Source: Ascoidea asiatica JCM 7603 (taxonomy: Eukaryota; Fungi; Ascomycota). Taken from it: 64,000 nucleotides of DNA. Every line of letters starts with the position of its first letter. The first letter of the stretch is position 1. Position numbers and translations under genes: made by a program. The stretch spans positions 190,613 to 254,612 of the forward strand of contig BCKQ01000007.1 of assembly GCA_001600695.1 (NCBI GenBank), read 5' to 3'. The notes under the pieces are model-generated. The model was not told the origin of the DNA. It did not search any database and saw only the letters and a program-made list of their open reading frames with translations. Positions 1-13,418 of this stretch are shown one piece after another.

Positions 1-2
1 TT

Positions 3-1265
3 GAATCTGATGATACTTTAGCATTCTTTGCTATATTTGATGGTCATGGTGGTGATAAAGCCGCTTTATATGCCGGAAAATATTTACCTTCAATACTAAA
101 AGATCAAGAAGCATTTAAAGAAAAATCTTATAAAAAAGCATTAAAAGATTCATTTTTAGCTTGTGATTCATATATTTTAAATCCTCAAACAACAAGGGTT
201 GATTACAGTGGTTGTGCTGCAACTACAATATTAATTTTAAAAGATAAATTATATTGTGCAAATGCTGGTGATTCAAGAACTATAATGTCTGTAAATGGAA
301 TTGCAAAACCTTTATCTTTTGATCATAAACCTTCAAATGAAGGTGAGAAAGCAAGAATTGTTGCTGCTGGTGGTTATATTGAAGACGATAGAGTTAATGG
401 TAATCTAGCTTTATCAAGAGCTTTAGGAGATTATGAATTTAAAAGATCTTATGTACCACCTGAAGAACAAATTGTAACTGCAGATCCAGATATTACAGAA
501 CATGAATTAAATTTTGATAATGATGAATTTATTGTTTTAGCTTGTGATGGAATTTGGGATTGTTTAACTTCTGATGAAGTTGTACAAGTTATTAGAAGAG
601 GTATTAATGATAAAAAACCTTTAAGTGAAATCTGTGAATTAATTATGGATATTTGTGTAGCACCAAATTCAATTAGTTCTGGTATTGGTTGTGATAATAT
701 GAGTATTTCAATAATTGCTTTATTAAATAATCAATCAATTGATCAATGGTATCAATCAATAATTGATAAAAAAGGTCCAATTTCTGAAGATTATGATACT
801 GTAAGAGAGAAAATTCATAAAACTCGTTCTGCTTATTCAAATAATATAGGTTTTGGATCAGATTCTTCCTCTCAATTAATAGATGAATTTGATGATCCTT
901 TAAATCCAAATGATATGTCAATAAATAATGATTTACAAGAAATTAAAGATGATAATTCAAATTCAATGGCTGTATCTTTAGAAGAATTAATAGAATCTAA
1001 TACAGTTACATCTCATGATGGTGTTTTTTATATTGATTCTTCTAATTTGGAGAAAATGAGAGCTTTGTCTTCTGGAAATACTACTTTCAAAGCAGATGAA
1101 GATGAGGATGAAAATGAAGATAAAAGCCAAAATGACTCTTCTAATTCAAATGAAAGCGCAAATCCTATTGTACATAAAGCTGACTCTTCAAAAGTAAGTA
1201 AACCAGATGAAAATGAACATGATATTGAACATGAAGAAATTAAATCAAAAGTGGAAGTAATTTAG
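3..1265 (+). CDS. Type 2C protein phosphatase, Ptc2/Ptc3-like (5'-truncated by the window edge)
   Basis: Frame is open from nt 3 (ESDDTLAFFAIFDGHGG). PP2C motifs DGHGG, NAGDSR, DHKP, NGNLALSRALGD, LACDGIW and GCDNM are present, followed by an acidic tail. The ORF-track start at 285 is an internal Met. Confidence 0.93.
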   Translation, partial: ESDDTLAFFAIFDGHGGDKAALYAGKYLPSILKDQEAFKEKSYKKALKDSFLACDSYILNPQTTRVDYSGCAATTILILKDKLYCANAGDSRTIMSVNGIAKPLSFDHKPSNEGEKARIVAAGGYIEDDRVNGNLALSRALGDYEFKRSYVPPEEQIVTADPDITEHELNFDNDEFIVLACDGIWDCLTSDEVVQVIRRGINDKKPLSEICELIMDICVAPNSISSGIGCDNMSISIIALLNNQSIDQWYQSIIDKKGPISEDYDTVREKIHKTRSAYSNNIGFGSDSSSQLIDEFDDPLNPNDMSINNDLQEIKDDNSNSMAVSLEELIESNTVTSHDGVFYIDSSNLEKMRALSSGNTTFKADEDEDENEDKSQNDSSNSNESANPIVHKADSSKVSKPDENEHDIEHEEIKSKVEVI

Positions 1266-3042
1266 ATTTTCATTTTCTTCCTTTTCTTCCCTTTTTTCAA
1301 TTATTATTAACTTTTAATTTTTGATTTTTAATTTCTAATTTTTTTTGTTTTCCCTATCTATCTATTTATGAAAATTTAATCGATGTTTTTTTGTTTTTAA
1401 ATTTGAATTTTCCCAACTCAACTAATTTCTTTTTGATTTAATTATCTTGGTTCTTCATATGTTTTTATTTCATGAAAATACTTTATCTTAAGAGGTTTTA
1501 CTTTATATTTATATTGTATTAATGATTTATAATACTTATATAACAATTAGTTTGTTAATTGAATTTATAATTATTGGTTTTTATTAATTTTGTTTATTGG
1601 TATTTCATTTTTTTTTTTTTTTGAAATAAAGATTTTTTTGTTAAATTCTAATTTTATTTTATTAGTCTATTTATTTACTAAATTTTTTTGTTTATTTTCA
1701 ATCCTTATATTTTTATATTTAAATATTTACTTCCTCTTTTTGCTACTTAATAATTATTATCGAATTATTCATCTTTCAACTTTTAGCTTATTATTTCAGC
1801 TTTCCCTTTTCTCTTGAATTTTTCTTTGTACTTTATATACTTTAGCGTCGACCTCAAATGATCATTATTTTTCAATTTCAATAGTCATTATGGACTTTTA
1901 AATCTACTATACATAAAATTTCTCTTCTTTAAATAATAAAAACCATCGGAATAAATCTTGAATACAGCAGGTTTGAACTACTCAAACTCTGATATTGAAT
2001 TACTTTTAATTATTAAATTCAATGTCACTGCTTTTACACTGACAATTTCTGATTTAGATTGAAAATATAAAAGAATGCGTCCAACTGTACCATAATGCCT
2101 AAAGTTTATCAAATTTTTCCAATTTCCTATATAGGCAATATCTTCGGCATTTCGGCAATCAAACGCCCCACTCCAAAAAAACTCGTAAAATGAGAAATCA
2201 AATATCAAAAGCCACAAAAGCAAAAAAAAATTAAAACTTTTTGTGTTGTTTTTATATGATAATTATATAAAAATAAAGACAAGGTGTTAGCTATTGATAC
2301 GAGTACATAAAGTGTTTTTATATTGAATATCTCAGCTGAATTCTAAGCAAAATGATTTTATCATGAGCTAACAAATAGCCGAGAAAGCACAATGCTAGTT
2401 CAATTCAAATACTGAAATTAGTTGGAAAACTATAAATGAGTAAAAAATATGCTGAAAAAATGATCTAATATTTACAAGGATCGTGAAAGAATCTGAATTC
2501 AAATAACTTTTTGGGAGAATTTGAATAAGCTTTCAGAAGTTAACTAGCAAATAAAAAAGAAACTTGGCAAATTACAGTATTTCAACTCCTCATATCCAAT
2601 AAAATGTAAATTAAACAATTGAGGGACTTACGATATTGTTGTTTTGTAGTAATTTCAGAGTCTATACCTTTCAGTATCTAGTTTTCTTAGATCTAAAAAT
2701 CATAGAATTTGTATAGATACAGGGGCAATTGAAACAAGTCAAATCTGAGCTACGATATTGAAAGGGTCCTTGAACATTTTAAAGTGGAACAAGATCTTTT
2801 AATCGTAAAATCCTGGTCTATGGTGAAATGTTTGAAAATGTTAAAATATTAAATATTCATGCCAATTTATATGCTTCAGAATTCATTGAATTAAAAAATT
2901 TTGAAGATTGAAAGTAATCTGAGAGAATTTTTAAGATTTTTTAATTTTTTCAATACTATAAAAACTCATTATTTTCTTCTTAATTTTCATTCAATTTGAC
3001 AAATAAATTTATCAAAATAGTCTCTTAAATAGTATTTCAAAA

Positions 3043-4707
3043 ATGGATAGAATCAGCACAAAATTTTCAAGAAATTTAACAAGTATAGAACTATTATTTG
3101 CTTACAGTAATGAATTTGATTATGCTACGAATTTCACCTTATCTGGAGTTTATAATAAAGATTTAACAAAAGAAATTCTAGTTCCAGTTTTAAAAAATTT
3201 AATTTCAAAATTTTCATTTTTAACATTAAATGTATATCATGATAATTCAAATAAATCCAAAAATAAGTTATTTTTAAAACCAGTAGAAATTATAAAATTT
3301 AATAGTATTGTTTCATTTATTGATGATGAAAATAATGAATTAATTAATTTAATTCAAGAAAAAATTCAATATTTTTCATTTGATTTAAATTCAAATGATA
3401 AGCCATTATGGAAAATAATTATTTTAAATAAAAGAACATTAATATTTTATTGTGATCATGGTTTATTTGATGGAAATTCAGCAGCTAATTTTCATAAACA
3501 TTTTTTAATCACTTTAAATCAATTTATTGAAAATAATTCAAATAATTCAAATAATTCAAATAATTCAGATAGTTCAATTGAAATTCATGATAATGATCCA
3601 ATTTTATTTAATTTTGAAAAAGATTCTCAATTATTAAATGAAATTCCACCAACTTTTGAAAAAATTATTAATAAATCACCATCTTTAAATTATTTTATTG
3701 AAATGATTTATGATGGATTTATTCCAAATTTATTAAAAAAATATATAACCAAATCATCAATTTTTTTTAAAAAAATTTTAAATTATACTAAAAATTTACT
3801 TAAATTCAATTCAATTGATTTAAATAAATCAAAAACTTTTGAAAATTATGAAAATTTATATTCTGGTGAAAATTTTCAAAATTTTAAAATTAAATCTGAT
3901 ACAAAAGATCCTAATACAATTTATAAATTATTAAATATAAATAATTTAAAATCTAAGAAATTATTAAATTTAATTAGAGAAAAAAATATAAAATTAACAT
4001 CATTTTTAACATATGTTTCATTATTATCATATTCACCAATTACTAAAAATTCAGATACTTCTGCATTTATTTTAGTAAATCTTAGAAGAAATATTAAAAA
4101 TAAAATTAAAGATGAATTAATTAATGATGATTTTGGACTTTTTATATCAAAATTTAATATATATTCACCATCAATGAATAAAATTATTAATGAAAATTGT
4201 AAAATTAAATCAGATTCTATTCCAGATTATATAAATTTTGATTTTTTTAAAAAAGAAAAAAATTTATCATTATGTTGGAATTGGGAATTTATTAAAGCAT
4301 TTAATGATAAATGTCATTCAATTATTAAAAATGAAAGTTATCTTTGTTTTCTTGGAGCTTTAAATATATTAAATTTAGAAAGTATGCTTAAAAAATTAAA
4401 AAAAGCACCAAAAAGTGATACATTGGTAGTTACAAATTTAGGTTTGAAAATGTTGAATAAATCAAATGAGTTTAATGATGATGATGATGATGATGATGAA
4501 AATGAAGATAATGATCAGGTAAAACTTTTAGATTTAATTTTTACTTTACCAACTGGAGGTCCAGTAGGTAATTTTTTTTCAATGAATATTGTTAGTACTG
4601 AAATTGGTGGAATAAATATTGTATGTTGTTCAATAAAAGAATATTCAAAAGAATTTGAATTGGCATTTGAAGCATTTGAAAAACTTTTAGATTTCATTAC
4701 AAGATAA
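3043..4707 (+). CDS. Alcohol O-acetyltransferase family protein (Atf1/Atf2/Sli1-like)
   Basis: HxxxDG catalytic motif (CDHGLFDGNS) preceded by PLWKIIIL, a DFGLF motif and a TNLG motif. 554 aa. TATAAAA at about 2957. Confidence 0.8.
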   Translation: MDRISTKFSRNLTSIELLFAYSNEFDYATNFTLSGVYNKDLTKEILVPVLKNLISKFSFLTLNVYHDNSNKSKNKLFLKPVEIIKFNSIVSFIDDENNELINLIQEKIQYFSFDLNSNDKPLWKIIILNKRTLIFYCDHGLFDGNSAANFHKHFLITLNQFIENNSNNSNNSNNSDSSIEIHDNDPILFNFEKDSQLLNEIPPTFEKIINKSPSLNYFIEMIYDGFIPNLLKKYITKSSIFFKKILNYTKNLLKFNSIDLNKSKTFENYENLYSGENFQNFKIKSDTKDPNTIYKLLNINNLKSKKLLNLIREKNIKLTSFLTYVSLLSYSPITKNSDTSAFILVNLRRNIKNKIKDELINDDFGLFISKFNIYSPSMNKIINENCKIKSDSIPDYINFDFFKKEKNLSLCWNWEFIKAFNDKCHSIIKNESYLCFLGALNILNLESMLKKLKKAPKSDTLVVTNLGLKMLNKSNEFNDDDDDDDENEDNDQVKLLDLIFTLPTGGPVGNFFSMNIVSTEIGGINIVCCSIKEYSKEFELAFEAFEKLLDFITR

Positions 4708-5079
4708 ATTAATATGATATAGTTAATAAAGACATGAAAATATTCATTATTTACTTAGTTGGTAATAATGGATTTTGTATGTTTTATAAGTTTATAAAAT
4801 AGCATTTTTAATATCGTTAAAGACTAGTATCATTATTTTTCATTGACTCTCTGATATACCTGTCGAGTATCTCATTCTCCATAACATTTTCAATTACTTT
4901 TTTTTAACTTGATTTAAACCAAACTGGGAAATATTATTCAATAATCAAGGGGTTTAAAAATATTATTACCCAGTTCTTTTCTCTATTTACTTTTTTATTT
5001 ATTACGTAACGCAGGAATTCAAATCTCCTAATTTAGGCTTTGACCCATCCTTGAAAAGATATCACATGTAAAATAACGT

Positions 5080-5600
5080 GACTTTAACCCGTGACTTTCT
5101 AAAACTAAGAAAATGCTTTGCCGGGCTAAGCAGCCGGGGAATATTTGGAAGATTACAAATTGGGAAATATTTAGTTCCGAGCGCGCTAAGATTAATGAAT
5201 ATCCGAGTCACCGGAACGGAACTCGTTCAACCGGTGAGCAGTTCTAGAATTTGTAGGGTGAGGGCCAAGAAAAGGGGTTTGGAAAGCAACAAGGAACAAG
5301 AGAAACAAGAGAAAACAAGCCTTTTGGGTGGGCAGACAGGCAGGGCGCAGCACAACGCCACAGATGGTGCTGCCAGTGCACGGAGTCCTAAAACTGCAGC
5401 AACTTCCGCCACCGGAATCAGCTGATAGCGCATGTTGGTGCCACTGCACTAGCCCTCATTGCCACTACTGCCACTCCTGCCACTGCACCCGCACCAGCCA
5501 CCGCGTCCACGGATACCCAACTACGTGTGCAACTTCACCAACTTCACCAACTTCACTGGCTCCACTGGCTCCATGACTTCAGTGGCTTCACTGAGCTGAC
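5080..5600 (+). promoter_or_regulatory. GC-rich upstream regulatory island of RIM8 with a candidate Rim101/PacC site
   Basis: Abrupt GC-rich block in AT-rich DNA. GCCAAGAA at 5264-5271, AGGGG at 5273-5277, repeated GCCAC(T) units at about 5440-5500. Confidence 0.5.
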
Positions 5601-6298
5601 TGAATAAATTTAATAAATTTATCACCGTTACAAAAAACAAGACTTGTAAAGCTTGATTTTTATGAATCTGATATCACAAATCTTATTATTACTGATATTA
5701 TTATTACTGATATTATTACTATCACTAATACTGTTACTGTTATTATTATTCATCGAGTCCATGTTTATTCTCAGTCGCATGTATTTATCAGATCTATTCT
5801 CTCAGTAATACTCCAATACTATTCTCATATCAAACACATTTCAAATATATTATCAAATATACAATCAAGTATTTTAGCAAACATAATTTAATAACATACG
5901 TTTAAAATAAACTCTGAGTTCCATTATTTCAAATAATTTCTTTACTTTCAATAAATAAATCATTGATTATAGTTTGTATTCTTTCCTTATTATTCAAAAT
6001 TATTAAATCAATTTATAATTTGTAAATTAACTGGTAATCAAATAATAATATACCTCATTCATAATAACCCAGATATTTCATTCTTGATTCATTTTCAATT
6101 TGAATCAAATCATAAATCAATAAGCTTATAAATATATTGTATCACATCCCATACACAACTCCTCATATTCACTTTTCATATAAAATATTTTAAATATTAT
6201 TAATATCATAAATATAAGTTAATATAACTTAATATTACACTTATTTTTTTTAAAAAAACAATCTTTATTTAAAATTTTTATAATATAATTAGCCGCCA

Positions 6299-8209
6299 AT
6301 GAGGCGAGCTGTTAATAAATTATTACCTTCAAGGACAAAAATCTTATCAAAAAATACAATATCAAATTTACAAAAAAATTTTAAAAAAAATTTAAATTTA
6401 AAAAATTTAAATTCAATTTTTGAATTTTATATATCTTTAAAAAATACAATAATTGAATTTAAACCTGCTGATTTAATTAATGGTTTTATAATATTAAATT
6501 TAAGAAAAAATTTAATAAATATAAAAATTAATTTATCAATTATTGGTTTTGTTAAAATTAAATCTTATAATAATGTAACTTCAAATTCTTCAAATTCAAG
6601 AAAAATTATATTATTTAATAAAAAAAAAACTTTATATGGTGATATTAATAATAATAATAATCATAATCATAATTTACCTTCTTTAAGTCAAGGTGAACAT
6701 AGATTTCCATTTTCAATAAAATTACCTTCAAAAAATATTTTTACAAGTATAAATTTTGAAAAAGGTTCAATTTCTTATTATTTAAAAGCTGAAATTATTC
6801 ATAATAATAATTTATCTAATTTTGATATAAATTCAAATATTACAATTAATTCAAATAATTCAAATAATTCAAAAAAATCAAATCATTCAAATAATTCAAA
6901 TATATCTCATTTTTCAAATAATTCAAATAACTCTAATCACTCAAATAATTCAAATAACTCTAACAACTCAAATAATTCTTATAACTCAATACATTCTCAT
7001 AATTCAAATAACTCAACTAATAATCAAAATAAATCATCTAGATTCTCAAAACAATTCAAATCAAATTCTTCTTTATCCAAAAATACTTCACCTTCACCTT
7101 CAACAATTTCAATTACAAACTCTAATATGGACTTAAACTTAGATTCTGATTCAAATTACGTTTCAATTGCAATTTGTGAAAAAAATATTTCAATTTTATA
7201 TCCAATTAATATTTCAAAATTACCAAAACCAAAACCAAAAATTTTATTATTAAATAATGATTTATCAACAAATGATATAAATAATAAAAATAATTCTTTA
7301 ACTTATTATTCTCAAGATAAAAAAAAAAAGAAAAATTCATCTAAAAAACTTGATAAATCATTAAATATTAAAAAAATTAGTAATAACAACATCAATAACA
7401 ATAGTAATAATAATAGTAGTAGTGATGAAAATTCTTCTTTAACTATAACCAATTCTATAATAACAACTACAAATGCTTCAAAATCTTCAAATAATATAGG
7501 TAATAGAAGTATAATGACAAATAATAGTAATAGTACTGAAAGTTCAAATAGTTTAAAAAATTCAAATATTAAAAGACATAAAAGTATTTCCAAAAATAAA
7601 AATTTAACTAAATTATCAATAACAATTCCAGATACTGGTTATCTTAAAGGTGATTTAATTCCAATAAATATTTTTTTTAAACATAATAAAGTTGTTCAAT
7701 CAATTAATGGTATCATTATTACTTTATTCAGACTTTGTAGAGTTGATGATAGTCCTCATGGTGCTGTACAATCTTTTAGAAAAGATTTAGCTCAAACTAT
7801 AAAACCTTTAATTATTGATCCAAAAAATTTAACTTGTGAATTAAATACAATATTAAGAATACCATATGATATATTTCCAACAATTGTTGGTTCTCCATTA
7901 ATTTCTTTTCAATATTATATTGAAGTTTTATTAAATTTATCAAATAAAAAAAATTCTTTAGATTTATTATTATCTAAAAGTTCAATAATTGATCCTTTAA
8001 TTTCAAATAGTCATTCTAATCATAATTTAAATTTAAATAATCAAAATTCACTTGAAAATAATTTAATTTTTAAAAATAATAATGAATTAATCTTTAATGT
8101 TGATAAATTAAGAAGAATGAATAATGTTATAACTTCAACAACTGAAATAATAATTGGAACTGAAAGAGATGATGAATTGATTGATGATATTCATAGTAAC
8201 AATAATATT

Positions 8210-8243
<34 letters not shown>

Positions 8244-9019
8244 TATGTAATAATCTTAACCATATATCAATCTCTTCAAATTTAGAAAATCAATCTCCAC
8301 TTCATCTTGATCCAGAAAATGAAATACAATCACAATTACCACATGATCCTATAATTCATAATCAATCAGAGACTCTATTGATAAGTCCAATAGCAATCAA
8401 TAGTAGAGAAAATATCCTCAATTCAACATTACCTTCATATGGAGAATCCAATATTAATGATAACTTAAATTCTCATTCATCTGATAATAATTTAAATCAA
8501 CCAATACCGATGCCATTTTCAATTCCTTTGCCTGAAAATAATGGTAATATATCTGAAAAGGAAATGTTAAGAATAAGGGCTGACGCCTTGTTACCTTCTG
8601 AGCCTCCAGATTTATCAATTGATGAAATTACTTCTAATTCTATTATTACTCCAAATGATGAAAATAATGCAAATCATGATAGTACTAAAGAAGTTGAAAT
8701 AGATCAGTATGAAAATTTGACCGATAACTCAAATGAAAATCTTGTCAAAAATGAAATTGGTTCCCTTAGTGATCCCGATAGAGAAAGATTGAATCAGAAT
8801 ATTACTCGAAGATACAATTCAACAAATATTGGATCAATACCGCTTGAGGCTCTTGAGATCAAAGATTTTGTACCTAAATATAAAGAAGAAGAGGAAGATG
8901 AAGAAGATGGTGATACAATTGAACAAGATTTAGTTTTTGAAACTTCGGATTTCAATGATAATGTTACTATAACCAATAAGTCAATGAGATTGCAAGTGTC
9001 TACAAGCATAAGTAAATAA
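6299..9019 (+). CDS. RIM8: Arrestin-like pH-signalling adaptor Rim8/PalF
   Basis: Arrestin N domain (GEHRFPFSIKLP, FEKGSISYYLKA), C domain (GYLKGD, SFRKDLAQTI, ISFQYYIEV) and the PalF-type C-terminal EKEMLRIRADALLPSEPP (SxP) motif. Contains Asn-rich insertions. Confidence 0.85.
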
Positions 9020-9679
9020 TCTATTGATATACAATACAAATTACAAATTTTCAATTCTTTTTTTTTTAATTCCTTTTATTAGTTTTTCCATTTCATCATG
9101 ATGTTTACCCACATTTTGTTTTAACTTATGTGTTATGTTTTTTTTTTTTTTTTTTCAACCTTTTATTTTGCATAGATACTTTTTTGATTTTATAATTGTA
9201 TATTTCTAGGGAATTAATTCATTTAATTTATTTGTTCGTTTTGCTTTCTTTTTTTTTTCTTTCCTTTTTTCTCTATAGTTTATTTACTTACTTATACATT
9301 CTTGTTTTATTTTGGTAAATAACAATAAGCAGCAAATTGTTTCAAACCATGCTGCTTAAGCTTTAATATATTCTCTTTATAATTAAATCTTATAATATAT
9401 TATTAGCATATCCTTTCAAGTAAAGATTGTTTATGAATATCTCCTAGCTTTCAGATAGGAATGTTATACAAACCTGTTTATTATTATCAGCTTTGTTCAT
9501 AATACAAATTTAGCAAATATTACTTTATACACTTCTTTTTGATATTTCAGGAATATTTCGAACCTATTTTTAGGTTTTTTGTTCTAAATTAATTCTAAAA
9601 TTCGGCTTTCCAACAATCACATGATCTGCAATAGCCGACAATCCGTGTCCTATTTTTAAAAATTATTGCCCCGATAAAA

Positions 9680-9835
9680 CTTGCCCTATAAAGTTGTAAA
9701 AATACAATCACGTTTATAAAATGAGGGCTACAAATTGAGTTAAATAATAAAAAATGACAAGTTCAAAATTACACCTTCACCATCTTAAATAAGTCACGTG
9801 CCTGTATGACGTGACTGTGAAAAACTAGGGCTATG
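9680..9835 (+). promoter_or_regulatory. Ribosomal-protein promoter module: Cbf1-type E-box plus Tbf1-type sites
   Basis: GTCACGTG 9793-9800, ACGTGAC 9809-9815, CTAGGGCTA 9825-9833, GAGGGCTA 9723-9730 and TGCCCTAT 9682-9689, all 230-390 bp upstream of the RPS23 ATG. Confidence 0.6.
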
Positions 9836-10065
9836 AGAAAAATAATCAATTTTGACTGCTGTCTGAAGAGATTACAAAGGAGCTGTGAACTATGCGAAAT
9901 TTTGGACTGGTTGGATAATCTCTAAATCCCAATCCAATTTGCCAATAGTGAGCACCATTTCAATCAGTATTGATAGAATATATTATTGATTTTTAATTTA
10001 AAAAACTATTAATTTTTAATTTTATACTTAATAGCCAATATAATAACAAGAATAATATAAGCAAA

Positions 10066-11154
10066 ATGGGTAAAGGAAAACCAAGAGGGTTAAATTCTGC
10101 TAGAAAATTAAGAACTCATCGTCGTAACAAGTAAGTTATAAATCCTTAAAAGATATCCCAATAAAATGGAAAAGATGAATGAAAACAATTAGAATAATTT
10201 TCTCAATCATGGAAATATACAATATCTGAAAAGAGAAATATTCAGCTTCAAAAATAAACAAATTAATATATGATTCATATATCAAAAAGGAATATTAATG
10301 AAGAAATTTGGCAAAAAATAAATTGAAAACCAAGAATTGAGACAAGTTTTATAGTCTTTAAATAATGTAAAAAATCTTACAAACGGAAATCAATCAATTG
10401 GGGTTCTTAATTCATCTAATTTTTTTAAATGGAATTTCCATATAAAAGATTTTTTAGATAATGACCATTAAAAGAACTTTTTCTAAAACATTCAGGCCTT
10501 ACCTTAATAGTAATTTATAATAACTTTTTGATATTCCATATGAATTCAATTTGATTCTTTTAAATTTTTTTTATTTTCAAATAAGAGAACAAAAGCTATT
10601 CCAGAATTCATCATTTAGGATCCGAAAATCAATTCAAATAAAATGGTAATTTTCTACTCAAATTTTCGAAACTTTAGATAATAAATTATTCTTGTTGAAT
10701 CAATTCATTTTAGACTAAACCTTTTAAGAATTTTTGATTACTAACTTAAATAATTTCTTTTTTATTTCATTATTAAAATAGTCGTTGGGCTGATCAATCA
10801 TATAAAACCAGATTGTTAGGAACAGCTTTCAAATCTTCTCCATTTGGTGGTTCTTCTCATGCCAAAGGTATTGTTTTAGAAAAAATTGGTGTTGAAGCTA
10901 AACAACCAAATTCTGCTATTAGAAAATGTGTAAGAGTTCAATTAATTAAAAATGGTAAAAAAGTAACTGCTTTCGTTCCAAATGATGGTTGTCTTAATTA
11001 CGTTGATGAAAATGACGAAGTTTTATTAGCCGGTTTCGGTAGAAAAGGTAAAGCTAAGGGTGATATTCCAGGTGTTAGATTCAAAGTTGTTAAAGTTTCT
11101 GGTGTTTCATTATTAGCTTTATGGAAAGAAAAAAAAGAAAAACCAAGATCATAA
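10066..11154 (+). CDS. RPS23: 40S ribosomal protein S23 (uS12); exons 10066-10130 and 10782-11154, 145 aa
   Basis: Exon 1 [21 protein letters not shown] joins in frame to [22 protein letters not shown]...[10 protein letters not shown]...KEKPRS. The ORF track shows only part of exon 2. Confidence 0.98.
10131..10781 (+). other. Spliceosomal intron of RPS23 (651 nt)
   Basis: 5' site GTAAGT at 10131, branch point TACTAAC at 10739-10745, 3' TAG ending at 10781. Splicing restores the conserved reading frame. Confidence 0.96.
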
Positions 11155-11438
11155 GTTATCTTTTATATATATATTATTTTCACTCAATAAACATATAAAC
11201 ATAATGTGCCATAATTAAATTTAGAGGTTAACACTCCTTGTTTTTTTAACTAGCTTTTCTTTTTGAAATTACATAAAGTAAACTATAATAATTTTGAAAT
11301 TATTGAAAAAAAATGTATTACAGGCTTTCCTAATTGAATTTTCTAAATTAATTCTAAAAAGTTACTCACGTAGTTATTACAATTATTATATATTATTATT
11401 TACTATATTCATCAATAATGAACATTAAAAAAGTCTAT

Positions 11439-13387
11439 CTAATACTCTAAATCAGTAACATCTGTATTCACAGACTCACGACTTGTTGGAATATGAGTGG
11501 AAGAAGAATAAAAAGAAGAACTTACATTTCTTTCCATATGCTTTATTCTCTTATAATCACTTTTGATCTCAGAATCATCTGTATTTTTATCAACATCACC
11601 ATCACCATCATCATTCAGTTTTCTTTTTAATCCTCTTGATTTGATTTTCTCAATAAATGTTTTAAGCTTTTCATTTTCTAATTCTTCTTGTTTTTCATTA
11701 AGTTCTTTTCTTATTTTTAATTCTTCTTCAATTAATGATGGATCAAATAATCCTTTGAATCCAATTTTTGGTGAAACTAAATCAAATTTTAGCCAAAGTC
11801 CATTTTTTCTAGAATTTCTTAAATCTTTCCAATTCAAAAGATTTCTTTGATTTTCTAATTTTTTTAATTGTTCTTTAGATTTCACTTTATCAAATTCAAA
11901 ATCCATTGATTGATATACCATTTTAGTATCATTATCAATATCTTTATCAATATTATTATTTATTTGATTATTGCTGTTCTCTTTTTTCAGGTCTCCATTT
12001 GTTTCTATGATTTTATTTCTATTAATTTCATCCATATTTGTATCATTATCAGGATTTTTATTTACATTTGAAATATTATTAAGAATAGCATTTTTTTTTT
12101 CATTATTATTAAGTAATTCTTTTATAGAATTAATTTTTTCTTCAATTTCATTGAAATTTATTTTAAAATCTTCTAAATTTTTATTAAATTTATTATTAAA
12201 AGATTCTTCTTTTGAGAAATTAATTAAATCAATTCCAAAATTTTGATTCCATAATTTTGTTAATTTTAAATTACCTAATTTATTCCAAAATGGAGGATCC
12301 CATTTATAATTTGGATTAATTAAATTTAAATCTTTTTTAAAATTTATTGCAAGATAATTTAATTCATTAAAAGTTTTAAATTTAATTAATTTCATTGCAA
12401 ACCAAAATAAATCATTTTGTTCACTTGCAGATTTTACAGAATAATTTAAAGATTTTTGAAAATCAAATAAATAACTTTGAATTAATTTTTTTAAAGTTAT
12501 TAAAGTTGCAAAATCTTCTTGATTTGATAAAGTTCTATATGAATTTGGATATAAATCTCTAATTTGATCTTTTTTAATAATATTATTATTATTAAATTCA
12601 GTATCTAAATAAGTTTCTTTAATTGGTAAAATATTTAAATAATCAGTAATTTTTTCAATATTTTCATTTTTATTTTTTAAAGTTAAATTAAATAAAAAAT
12701 TTATAATTATATAAAATTGAATTAATAATTGAGAAATTAAAATATTATTTTTTTTAATTTGATCATTAAAATAATTTGGATTTAAAAAATTATTAAAATT
12801 TAAATTAATTATTTGATTTAAAAATAAATTATTATTATAATAATTTAATTTTTTTTTATAATATAATAAATTTTCAATAGAATTTTTATTTAAATTTGGA
12901 TTTATTAATTTAATTTTTTTTAAAAAAAGATTATTATTTAAATTTATAAAATTTATTAAATTATTTGAATTAAAAAATTTTAAATCATTATTAATTTTAT
13001 TATTATAATCATTTTTATTTATATCTTTAATATTTTTATGTTTAAATCTTATATTATTTTTTATAAAATTATTTATAATATCATATAAATCATTAAATAA
13101 ATTTGTAGTTTGAAAAGAATTTAAATTTAATAAAAAAGATAAAGGATTTTTTAAAAAATTTAAAAAAGTTATAAATTTTCTTGCATTTTGATTTGAAATT
13201 GAACCTGAGTTTAAATTTAAATTTAAATTTAAATTTGAATTAAAATTTATTAAATTATATGATAAATCATTATTAAAAGAAAAAATTTCATCTTTAGTTT
13301 TATAAGGTAATAAATTAAAAATTGAATCATTAATTTTAAATGAATTTGATAAATATAATTTAATTCTACCAATGAATATATAATTTG

Positions 13388-13418
<31 letters not shown>

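Noticed and set aside
5078-5576. Four overlapping short ORFs in the GC-rich block
   Set aside because: Explained by local stop-codon scarcity in a promoter island; non-host codon usage and no recognisable motifs.
10813-11154. 113-aa ORF with a TTG start
   Set aside because: It is part of RPS23 exon 2; the true start is at 10066.
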